Part shown: one piece after another, positions 15,301 through 27,300 of the stretch
Layout of the letters: every line of letters starts with the position of its first letter
Position numbering within the stretch: position 1 is the stretch's first letter
NCBI RefSeq assembly: GCF_964355755.1
Contig: NC_092671.1
Coordinates: 36,218,304 to 36,282,303 of the forward strand
From: Antedon mediterranea
Lineage: Eukaryota; Animalia; Echinodermata
Reading direction: 5' to 3'
DNA length: 64,000 nt
Notes under the pieces: model-generated
What the model was told of the DNA's origin: nothing
Database searches by the model: none
Seen by the model: only the letters and a program-made list of their open reading frames with translations
Position numbers and translations under genes: made by a program

Positions 15301-18300
15301 TCTTTAATTATCTTATTAAGTTCATTTATATAAATAGTGAATAGAATTGGAGACAGTGGACAACCTTGTTTGACCCCTTCATCAATACTAAAAACATCAG
15401 TTTCTAAATCTCCAAATGAAACTTTACCTTTTACATCTTTATACAAGTTCTTTATAATATTTAATATTTGACCTTTGATTCCTATATTTGCAACTGCGTA
15501 AAATAAACCTTCTCTCCAAACGGTGTCGAATGCCTTACTGAAATCCATGAAGGCGAGATAAGTTTTCTTGCCTTCAGCTTGTCGACAAGCAATAATACTC
15601 TTCAGTATAAGGCTTGTTCCTACTACTGTAGATAATGTCTAACCCAAACTTTCTATAGGCTTGTTCCCACTAGGTAATGCCTAACTTAAAACCTTGTTCC
15701 CACTAGGTAATGCCTAACTCAAAACTTTCCATAAAGGTTTGTTCCCACAAGGTAATGTCTAACTCAAAACCTTCCATGTAAAGGCTTGTTCCCACTAGGT
15801 TATGTCTAACTTAAAACCTTGTTCCCACTAGGTAATGCCTAACTCAAAACTTTCCATAAAGGCTTGTTCCCACAAGGTAATGTCTAACTCAAAACCTTCC
15901 ATGTAAAGGCTTGTTCCCACTAGGTTATGTCTAACTCAAACTTTCCATATAAAGGCTTGTTCTCACTAGGTAATGCCTAACTCAAAACCTTCCATATACA
16001 GGCTTGTTCCCACTAGGTTATGCCTAAATTAAACCTTTCATATAAAGGCTTGTTCCCACTAGGTTATGCCTAAATCAAACCTTTCATATAAAGGCTTGCT
16101 CGCACTAGGTAATGCCTAACTCAAAATCCTTCTATATAAAGGCTTGTTCCCACTAGGTAATGTCTAACTCAAAACCTTCAATATACAGGCTTGTTCCCAC
16201 TAGGTTATATCTAACTCAAACCTTCAATATACAGGCTTGTTCCCAATAGGGATTGTATGTATGCAACGTATATATTGGTCATAAGTAATGTTAAAATCGT
16301 TTTTCAAATTAATTATGTTAAAATTGGAAGCAATCGCAGTGGACTTTATAAGAAAATGGATAGTCAAAAATTTAACTGATGAAACTATATAAATATTTAA
16401 AATGTTGGAAATTTGCTAACTGGATAAAAGATTAATTCCAAGTCCTGAATAATCATAATATTGTAATGTATTGAAAAATAAAGTAAGAAGAATATAACAT
16501 ACATTGTGTTGACGATAATGATGACGGATATTTACAGTACAGTATGTTAAAAACCATACAAAATTGGCTATATTTAGATCTTTAATGGATGGAAATATAC
16601 ACATAGCTTCAAAACAATAATTTAGCCGTAACGAGACAGACAGCAACATCCTTTGTAATATTTTTTTCCCACAAAGCTCAACATTCTCATTTCCTACATC
16701 TTATCCCCAAGGTCAAAGGGCACGAACAACACATTAAACGAAGTGCAGAACATTAATTTCTAATGTGATTTTGTGCATTACCCTACAAATGTCATTTCTT
16801 TCAAGTGCTTATAACGGACAACGAAATAGCAAATTTACATTTATAAGAATTGTATTAATAATTTAAACTATCTTGTTAAAATATTATAATCTAGGAACTA
16901 TAAATTTAAATCTGTAATTTATTAAGTTTTTCATACCAATTATTTATGGATTTTGTTATTTGTTTGTTATTATTTCTTTATACTGTACTGGGTAGTCAAA
17001 GTTTGTTCTCCCAGAGGGCTCAGTGTATGATGAGTACTAGGCTAGTACACAGGGGTAAGCCCCTACTCGTCTCCAAAGATGTACTAGGTGCACATGAGCT
17101 AGATTTGTACACTGGACCTATGGTTTATAGAAGACTCGTTCTACCACCAGAACCATGCAGCGAGTGAGCTTAGAACCTTGTCGATGTTATGGCTACATAA
17201 TTACGGTTCCACTGTCTTAACCGCTCGGCCAGTCACTCACTCTTATCCACTCGGCCACTATTCAAATTTTCTACTCCCCAGTCACAATTTAAAAAAAAAC
17301 ACTTTAGTACAAACATCCGGCCCATTACATTCCCAAGCTCTGTCTACACTATCAAATTGTATGTGACAACAAAATTTGATGTGCCCATATACAGTATATA
17401 CATGATGTCATATCACTACTATATTTGGGCATATTATCACTACCACATTTGGGCACATCACACTTTTTTGGTCAAACTAGTTTGATAGTGTGAACAAAGC
17501 TCTGTCTACACTATCAAATGGTATGTGACAACAAAATTTGATGTGCCCATATACAGTATACATGATGTCATATCACTACTATATTTGGGCATATTATCAC
17601 TACCATATTTGGGCACATCACACTTTTTTGGTCAAACTAGTTTGATAGTGTGAACAAAGCTCTGTCTACACTATCAAATTGTATGTGACAACAAAATTTG
17701 ATGTGCCCATATACAGTATATACATGATGTCATATCACTACTATATTTGGGCATATTATCACTACCATATTTGGGAACATCACACTTTTTTGGTCAAACT
17801 AGTTTGATAGTGTGAACAAAGCTCTGTCTACACTATCAAATTGTATGCGACAACAAAATTTGATGTGCCCATAAACAGTATACATGATGTCATATCACTA
17901 CTATATTTGGGCATATTATCACTACCATATTTGGGCACATCACACTTTTTTGGTCAAACTAGTTTGATAGTGTGAACAGAGCTTTAGATTACGCATCATT
18001 TGGATCTTAAAGTGAGAATAACTGTGTCTTACCTTTTTTGGGCCAAATACTTCTTGGTTATTATTTAAATGGTTCAATAATTTTAGGGCATTTTCATGGT
18101 TATTTACACCAACAAATCCATAACCTAAAGATTTGCAAACGCCAGAAGAATTCTTTCGAGCTAAATCTCTCATTATCCTAGCCTGAAAAAAATAATAACA
18201 TCATGTAAAATATAATTATATTATATAGTGTTTTTAGCAAAGTTGTGTCTTTCTGTCTGTACCCATTTTATACACCTGGGTGGAGAGAGGTAATGCAAGT

Positions 18301-21300
18301 AAAGCAGTGAGAGTTGGGTTCAAACTCAAGATCTCACGATCAGCAATCAAACACACTGCGACACATGCCCAAGTTACTAAATGACAGAAACGGCAATAAG
18401 GGTAAGAAAGATATAATAAGCTGTAAAAAGTGGAGTTTTTTATACAGGTTTTAATTCAGTTTCAATCAACAGTTTTTTCAACCATATATTTGAACCTGCT
18501 CATTCAACTTTGATGTTTGAAAGCTTGTACCGATTTTATATGTAAATCTCTCACAATTCAGTTTTATTTTATATATACTGCAAAGAGAATTATTGAATAA
18601 AAGCAGAATGAATGAATATTTGAAAAATTGACTTTAACATTAACATTTCAATTTCTATAGCGCCTTTACAAGGATCAAATTGCTTTACAAAGACCGATCA
18701 TCTCTTACAATTGATACAGCAATAATAGTAATAGTTGTAAAGTCATTAGAATAATTGTTTTTTTTTTTAAACATATTTTAAAAAAAACATATCGGGTATA
18801 GATGTATCACCTGTATCCTTTTACATATGGTCCTGTTTTTAGAAAATAAAAGGTTAACGAAGAATTAAACGAAGGAGACTAAAATGGTATGGACACATAA
18901 TTAGATTACCAGATGATACCCCAATCAAACAAACAATGAACGAAACTAAAAGGAAAGTAAAACGACCCGTAGGGAGACCAAGAAATAACTGGATGAACCA
19001 ATTTAAGAAAGACTTACAAGGACATGTAGACACTAACAAAATAACAAACCATCCTGCCATACAACAGACAAAAATGGAAACAAATTGTGGAAAGCGTAAT
19101 GTCGGAAGACGGAAAACGTTAAGAAGAAGAAGAGTAACAACATTTTATAAAAACTCTTTAAAACTTGCTAAAACAGTAAAAAAGCAACAACAAAAAATAT
19201 ATGTGCAAATTATAATAATATGTATATATATATATATAAATCCAAAGGCAAATTACTGAAAATGACAATGCTGTGGGTATCAGTGGCTGCAGAGCTTTCG
19301 GGCAACACAAGCCCTTCATCAGTGCAAGTAAAGGAATTTGGATAATGTCATTGTATAAGAACTGGCAAGTGCTGCCTGGGTGGACAGGAATAAAAGAAAT
19401 ACAACAAAGGCAGCCAGGGTGGAGTCTGAATAAGAGTAGAAAACAAAGAAGGTAGCTTGGTAGAGATATAAACAATTTTGGAATGAAACTAATAAACAGC
19501 TTAAATGTTGGTTAATATTGAAACTTAAATTTAGGTAGTCAATGGAAAAATTTTACCAATCTGGGAGTATGTTCCTAATGTTAAGTCCGAAAGGTTTTGT
19601 GGTTTTAAGTTGTAATTCCCAGTGGTTTTCTTTGTATTTGCGAGTTTTGTCACTCCATTTGACATCTTGGTCTATTGCAATAACTCAGAAATTTGCAATC
19701 GAGTGACCAGGTTGATCAAGCTTGAATGTTTTGATAGCTGATCTGTGTTGTGTCATTCTCATACAGAAAGTGATTTTTGTTTCTCCGACGTACTGTTTGC
19801 GATGTATTCCTTCGTGTAATTTCTATTCCGGAGATGTCCGGTTAGTTCTACGGTACGATTCTGAAAATCTAAATCTGAAGAACAGATACGTCTGATACGT
19901 AATGCTTGACTGTACGGTATGTTTTTAGTACAGTGTCGGGGATGACAACTGCTAGGGGGAGGGGGGGCAGGTACATATTTTTATCCGTGGGTTTACGGAA
20001 TAGGTCAGTATATATATAATACAATAGATACAAACCTCAGTAACAGTATTTTTATGTTTTCCAATTGCTTTAACACAGATATCTCTTAGTTGTTTTTGAT
20101 CAACAGACACGGGTAAGTTGTGAATAGCCAACCGCGTCGGTGACACAAATACGTTTAGATTCTTTAACTTTGTACGTTTAATTTGTTCTAAGTTCGTTCT
20201 TTTCTTTATTTCGGATTCAGAGAGGCCTTCTGCCGATTTTGTTCCCGGACGGATCACTGTAATGAAATTTAGATTGGTGTTCAGTTTAAAAAAAGTGGTC
20301 TGAGATGTTGATTACAATAATATTTTTTTTAAATATGTCTGTCAATGATTTTGGTCAAAATTAACTGTTTCTTTTTAGAAGTGAAATAATTATTTGTGTT
20401 GTTGTGTGTTTTTTTTCTACAGAGGTGAATAACTTTATTAAAACTGCAAAATGGCCTATTCAGAATCCCAAAAATTTTTTATTAATTTAATTAATTTTAT
20501 GTTTTTGGGGGACAATACATCTTTGACAAATAAAATATTCACACAATACAATTAAGATGTAATATAATTCACTAAAGTCAGTAATATTATTTAAGGCCAA
20601 AATATTGCATTGTCAACAAGATACTTGAACAATAATACATACAGTCAAAATGTGGTAGTTTTTTAGGAATACGAATTAGTTTTTCTTTTGTTTTTTACAA
20701 GCACCTTGAGTACTTTGGTGGAATGTTCCCTTAACAAATCTTATTATTATTATATTAAGGTATGACTAAACTTACTTCCTTCACGGAGTAAATAAAGATT
20801 ACGTTTATCTTTATTTTTTACTTTTTCTTTATCTTTTTCTTGAGTTCTTAGTTTGGTTGCTTCTTCTCGGCTTAGTGCCAAATTTAATTGGAGTCTTCGG
20901 TTTTTGAAAACAATTCCAGTTTCCTGAAAATATAAATAATATTGATTAATATAACATTCTACAATATTGATTATTATATTATATTGATTAATTTTAATTA
21001 ATTTTGAAGTTTTTCTGCCAAACGTTTCACTAATTAATCGTAAAAAAAAGAAGAAAAACTCCAAATAACCGTAAAGTGAAAACTGAATGTACGCTTCACT
21101 TCGTTAGAGCACCGACAGGTGACGATATAAAAGAAAGATTGCTTGATAATGAATGATTAACTATAAACAATGTATATCTATATATTACAGATTCCCTTTC
21201 TCAAACACCTGTGTCCAACAAATCATTATTTTCCTTTCGGCTAAAATGATTAAATTGATTAATGATAAAAGATTTCTTTTTACAGGAAAAAAAAACAATG

Positions 21301-24300
21301 TAGTTAAACATCAAAGGTTCAGATTAAGTTTCATGTTTTACTAGAAATTGCAGATTATCTGAGAAGATATTTTTAAACTGAAAAAAACCCCATTAATTTG
21401 TGCTGTCATAAACCGATTATAAATGCGCTATAACAATGTTATTTTTATGCACAGATCTTGTCCCAACCAATCAGCATTAGTTAATAAATGTGAGAATGTT
21501 GTATATTGTAAATATCCTGAGGATTTGATACTAAACGTCTCAGACGTTAAATATGCAGATTAAGGATCAAGTGAAGCAGGTTGGTCAACAACAGTTCAAG
21601 GGTCAAAATTCAACCAAAAACCCATTGGCTGGCTGGCATGGCAGCCAATTTGACTATTTTTTGCCTTATATTACAGTTTTTTAGGTAAATACATTTTTTT
21701 TAAACTGGATAACTATTAGGTAAAATTAAAATGGCATATTCAACCAAAAATGAGAATAAGAATTTTTTTTTTCCGGGGGAGAATACATCTTTCAAAATTG
21801 ATTAGATTTATATTGATTGATGGTTGGTCTATCATTTCAGTTATCTGCAAAGTTAATAGTTAATAGTGATTATCCATCGTTTTAAATAAAATAGAAACTT
21901 TCCAACATGGTTTTCTTAGGAAAGTGTTCCTTAACAGGGCTGTCTCTTGAATAGGGCTTCTGATTTTTATTTTTGTATAATTTGGTTCGCATATAACATT
22001 TTATTTAAGGTTATATTTTATTTTTTTTTATTTTTTGGCTACACTTGGCTAGCAATAATACTATATTATTATATATATATCAATTATCATATACTTCCAT
22101 TTAATTTATTAATTGAAAATGAAATTATTTAAATGTAAATATAGTCGTCCTTATGTTTAACTGAGAAAATTCTAATTCATTGAATCCTCTATGGATACAT
22201 AATAGCCAACAATACAGTAAATCGTTTTGGAACTAGTGTGTAATTCAGTGTTATACATATATCGAGCGCGAGTTTTTAGTAGTAGGTAATTTTGTGTGTG
22301 TTCTATAGTGTTCTTATAGTTCTTGTATTTATATGAATTGTCATTTTATGATTAAAATAAAGATTATTTGAAAGTTGAAAGATACAGTGCTATACCACTC
22401 TTTTTTTAATATAGTGTACCAAGTTTTTTAAAGTGTGATGTGCCCAAATATGGTAGTGATATGCCCAAATATGGTAGTGATATGACATCATCATGTCCAT
22501 ATATGGGCACATCGCATTTTTTTTGTCATATAAAGTTTGATAGTGTAGACAGAGCTTAACAATGTGTACTATATGTACACGGGACCAACAGCTTTAGGTC
22601 CCATTTGAAGGATGTGTATTATAAGTAGTAAGGTAGAGACATACCGTTTCTGAAGTAGCAATGCATTCCTCAGCAAGATCTTGCGATTCAAATTTAACAA
22701 ATGCTGATCCTGGTAAAAAAATATCAATTAATCAATAAAAAACAAAGAAATAAGTATATAAAATAAAATTATAAAATAAAGATCTCTTTCTATACACAAA
22801 TCAATAAACAATGTTGAGCAGACCTAGGCCCATTTATGATTATTAAAACTTATTAGTTAAGAAAAACAAATCTTCGTTCTTATTGTAGAGCCCTTTATTT
22901 TAACGATCACGAAAATAAAATGTGTGCTAAAATCGCGGAATTCCAAATGATGTTGTTTACAGTCGATCAGCCTAGGTTTTATTAGCTAGGCCTAGGTAGG
23001 CTAATTAATATGGAAAAAATGAATATAAAATAGTTACACGAAGAACTTCTAATTGTGTATTCTTTGAAACATTTGTAATCCCCGATTATTTATATTGTTT
23101 GTTCAGGTGTAAATAGTTGGAATTGTAAAATTGCAAAAATTTAGGGCCACGAACATTTTGGCCTTTACAGTATATGAAATCTGTTGTTTTTTGGAGTTCG
23201 TAATTTTGTAATATTATATTTTTTGTTTTGAGGAGCTTATTCATTATACAAGCTATGGTTTTGTTTAGGCTCCTCCACTTTGTTTAAGTTATTAGTAAAG
23301 TGTAAATGAAATTATCTATAGAAATAGTGGCATATTGGTAGTATAATGTGAAAGTGAATTCAGTTTTATTCGTAAGAAAAAATAAGCAGTTACCTCGAAG
23401 TCGCTCTGTGCTAGGGTCGATGACAAGCCTACAATATGTTACTTCTCCGTATTCCTCAAACAACTCTGTTAAATCGTCTGCTGTGATATCAAATGGAATG
23501 TTCCTGAAAGATAACAAATTTTACAATTTAAAAAAACCATCATTTAATTTAAAATGAAACTTCGGATTGGATTTACATTTTTAACCAGACCGATATGCAA
23601 GTGCTCTTGAGTACAAAAGTCAAGTTTGGGGCGTTGGGGTACTTCAATAATAATGTGATTTTTTTTTTATGCCATGGTTGTGCAATGTCAATTAGTTTTA
23701 CATTCATCTGAATGATAGATAAAACTAAGGCAGGACGGTTTAAAGCACCTTGATTGGTCTTAACATTGATCAAGGGCTTCTCTCGTCCAGTACCCACCTT
23801 CAACAGAGGAAAGGCATGGGCCAATACGTCTGAGGCAGATACTAGATACAGGGGTTGCCATAAGAGTCAGCAGTGCCGATTTCAAATGGGACATACAGCA
23901 GTCATTATTCCCAAATGTTCTCTCATCCAAGCTCTAACCAGGCCCAACGTTGCTCAACTTCGGTGATCTGACGAGGACCGGTGTTTCCACATGGTAAGCT
24001 GTATATTAAAGTGAATAATTACCTAACAAATACAGTTTTACCGGCTGAAACATCGCTAATTCTCTTAAAACTTGATTTATTATCTGGTTTTTTAACTGTT
24101 GGTTGTGTTTTTCCTTCACCATTAGCTTCATCGCCATCAATCTCTTCTTCATCTTTATCTTCATCAATCTCTTCTTCATCGCCATCAATCTCTTCTTCAT
24201 CTTCATCAATCTCTTCTTCATCTTCATCAATCTCTTCTTCATCTTCATCACTATCGATCTCTTCCTCCTCAGTATCATCTTCCTCCACTTCAGATGTTTC

Positions 24301-27300
24301 ATCAAATTTCTCACTTCCCTCTGAATCCTCCTCATCTGTTATCTTTTCACCTTCATCATCTGACTCATCTATTACAAAAGAACAAATGTTTGCCAAATAT
24401 AAAACAAACAGATAAAGTGTGATGTGCCCAAATATGGTAGTGATATGCCCAAATATGGTAGTGATATGACATCATCATGTCCATATATGGGCACATCACA
24501 TTTTTTTTAAAAGAAAGTTTGATAGAGCTTAATATTCTTTGCTCTAAAACATTCTACACCTAAAAGGCAACGAAATACCAAACAGGTGCGAAAAACCAAT
24601 TTTAGTTGAAGCTAACTCAGACAGCGTCGTACGTCGAGGCCTGTCAAAGCGAGAAAATGAAAGATTCTCAACTCAAGATGACTCGTCTCGTCAGGAATCA
24701 ACTCAGACAGCACTGACAAGTCAAGAAGTTTCAATCCGTCCGAGTTGGCCAACTACAGTCCTATTATTTTCCATACCAATACCATATTATGTTTATAATT
24801 TTTCAACAAGTACTATGTTCGTTAAAAAGGTTTAAAATCTCTTGTTAACATTCGGCACACAGAGCTTGTTTGCACCAAATAATCTAAAGCTCTGCTTACA
24901 CTACCAAAGTAGTTTGACAAAAAAAAGTGTGATGTGCCCAAATATGGTAGTGATATGCCAAAATATGGTAGTGATATGACATCATCATGTCCATATATGG
25001 GCACAACACATTTTTTTTTTTAAAGAAAGTTTGATAGAGCTTCACATTTTTTGCTCTTAAACATTCTACACCTTTACCATCAATATTTTCGGTGCTCTCA
25101 GCTTTATTTTTACCCGTGATTGCATCATACTTCAGTTTTGGTAAAGACCAATCAACTGCAACTTTTCGTCCTGTAAAACAAGCAGACAAATAGTTTAATT
25201 ATTTAATATTAAAGATGTATTGTCCCCCAAAAACATGAAAAATAAAAGTTAATCAAATCACACTTTGAATAGATTATTTGTAGTTTTAATAAAGTTAATC
25301 ACATCCGTAGAAAAAAAAATTAATGTTAAATTCAACCAAAAAGCCATTGGCTGGCAGTAAATTTGAACGAATCACAGGTACGTGTCGCTTGTCTGCCTAT
25401 GCCTAGCGTAACATCAAAGCGAGCTAGGACTATGTATCAGAATTGACCTGGCATTTTATGTAATTTAATTTTCGTAAATTACTTTCCATAAATCTATAAT
25501 TATATTATAATCATTATTATAATCATTCCTGATTCAATGCAAAATGGATCAAAAACTATATTCATTTTGTAGTTACGAATATGACTGGTGATATTTGTCA
25601 ACACGAATATGATTGGGGATCAACTCAAAATGTTCACAAATATGTGACTTATCCATTTTTGTATTTGTAGCATTGCGAAACCTCCCTAATCAATACACTG
25701 ATGCAAGATGCTGTCTAAAAACTTTCATTCTGTTAGGCTTTGGGGGAGAGAAGGCAAGCATTACCCAACAAGCCACAAATCTTCACTTACCTAATATTTC
25801 CTTAGCATTCATGTCTTTTACAGCTTTTTTAGCAGAATTTAACTTAACAAACTGAACAAAACCAAAGCCAAATATCTTTCCATTATCATTCCCTTTTCTT
25901 GGAATGGAAACTTCAGAAATTTCGCCAAACTTCTCAAATGCTTTCAGAAGGTCGTTCTCCCGACACTAAAAGAGAGAAAACAAATAACAATGTGAAAAAA
26001 AATGATTGAAGACTTTAAATTGATATATGACTCAAACATAAGAAATTATTTTTATTTTATTTTATGTCTTTATGCAATGTGGCCAAGGATTACCAATAGT
26101 AAATTAATCACTGTGCTATCAGCTATGGTAATCCCACTGATACAGGGGCTATTTTGTGAACCAGTTCACCGGGTATCCCCCTACACTTCTCGAATATTTA
26201 ACTGGGTTCTTTAAAGTGCACACAGGTTATAACTGTGTACACTAGACCTACGGTTTATAGTCTTTATTCGAGAAGACTTGTTCCAACACCAGAACTAGGA
26301 GCGAGTCGGCCTCGTAGAGAGTGAGTGGCCAAGCGGTTAAGACAGTGAAACCTTGCCATAATAACATCAGCAAGGGTTCAAGCCTTACTTGCTCCATAGT
26401 TTTGGTGGTAGAATGAGTCTTCTCGGATAAGGACTAGTAAACCGTAAGTCCAGCATACACATGTTGCTCATGTGCACTTTAAAGAACATAGACATCTTTC
26501 GAGACGAGTAGGGGGTTACCACAGTGTACTAGAATACACACAGCCCCTGTCCCACACAGACACTTATAACTCATCTTATTAAGAGATGATTTGTCAGCAT
26601 ACGCTGTTTAGGGTCAACCCTCTATAAATAAGGTAACATTTTAAAAAATCATCAAATTACCTTAAATGACAGATTCCTGACAATAAGACGAGCTTTCTTC
26701 AGCGTTGTTTGCGAAACTGTTGCATTGTGGGAAGATAGCAAAATCACATCTAAATTCCTATCATTTATTTTTACTTTCTTCAACAATGTTTGAGCCGTTT
26801 TAGCATCTGTGGGTGACTCGTAGCGAACATATGAAACATTTTTCTCTTCTTCACTTACAGGGAATTTTACCTCTTCAACATTATTGGTTTTACTGCAAAA
26901 TCATCACACAAAATTATAAGTAACTAGCAAAGACACAATGTAGTTAAAACCTTCCCAGTAAAATTCATTTTTATATCTCTCTCCCACCGAAAATTATTAT
27001 TTTTTTTTTTTTATATATTTAGGCAAATTGCCAAGGATAACAATAAGCGAATTCATTCACTATCCTTCTTAAAGGTGGCAATCCGTTAACAAGCCAAACA
27101 TAAACAAAGACATATAACAAGTATTTGGGAGTGGAGTTGTAATTTGTCATTAGAACAAATCTGACATATATGACAGGACTTGAACCCTTGGATTGATAGC
27201 CAAGCATCATAACGACTAAAAATGAAAAAGGTGGTATTATGGTGCGAAACAAACCTTATGATCTCATTAACATCTTCTTTTGTGGTGTCTTTCAATAGGT

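Noticed and set aside
14667-15548. Reverse transcriptase next to a repeat array as a retron/DGR/CRISPR-RT-like system
   Set aside because: Motifs, C-terminal region, 5' truncation, frameshifts and the (TTA)n tail identify an ordinary dead non-LTR retrotransposon inserted in a satellite.
23981-24415. Ser-rich plus-strand ORF and other overlapping ORFs
   Set aside because: Antisense or alternative-frame shadows of the RBM28 acidic exon.
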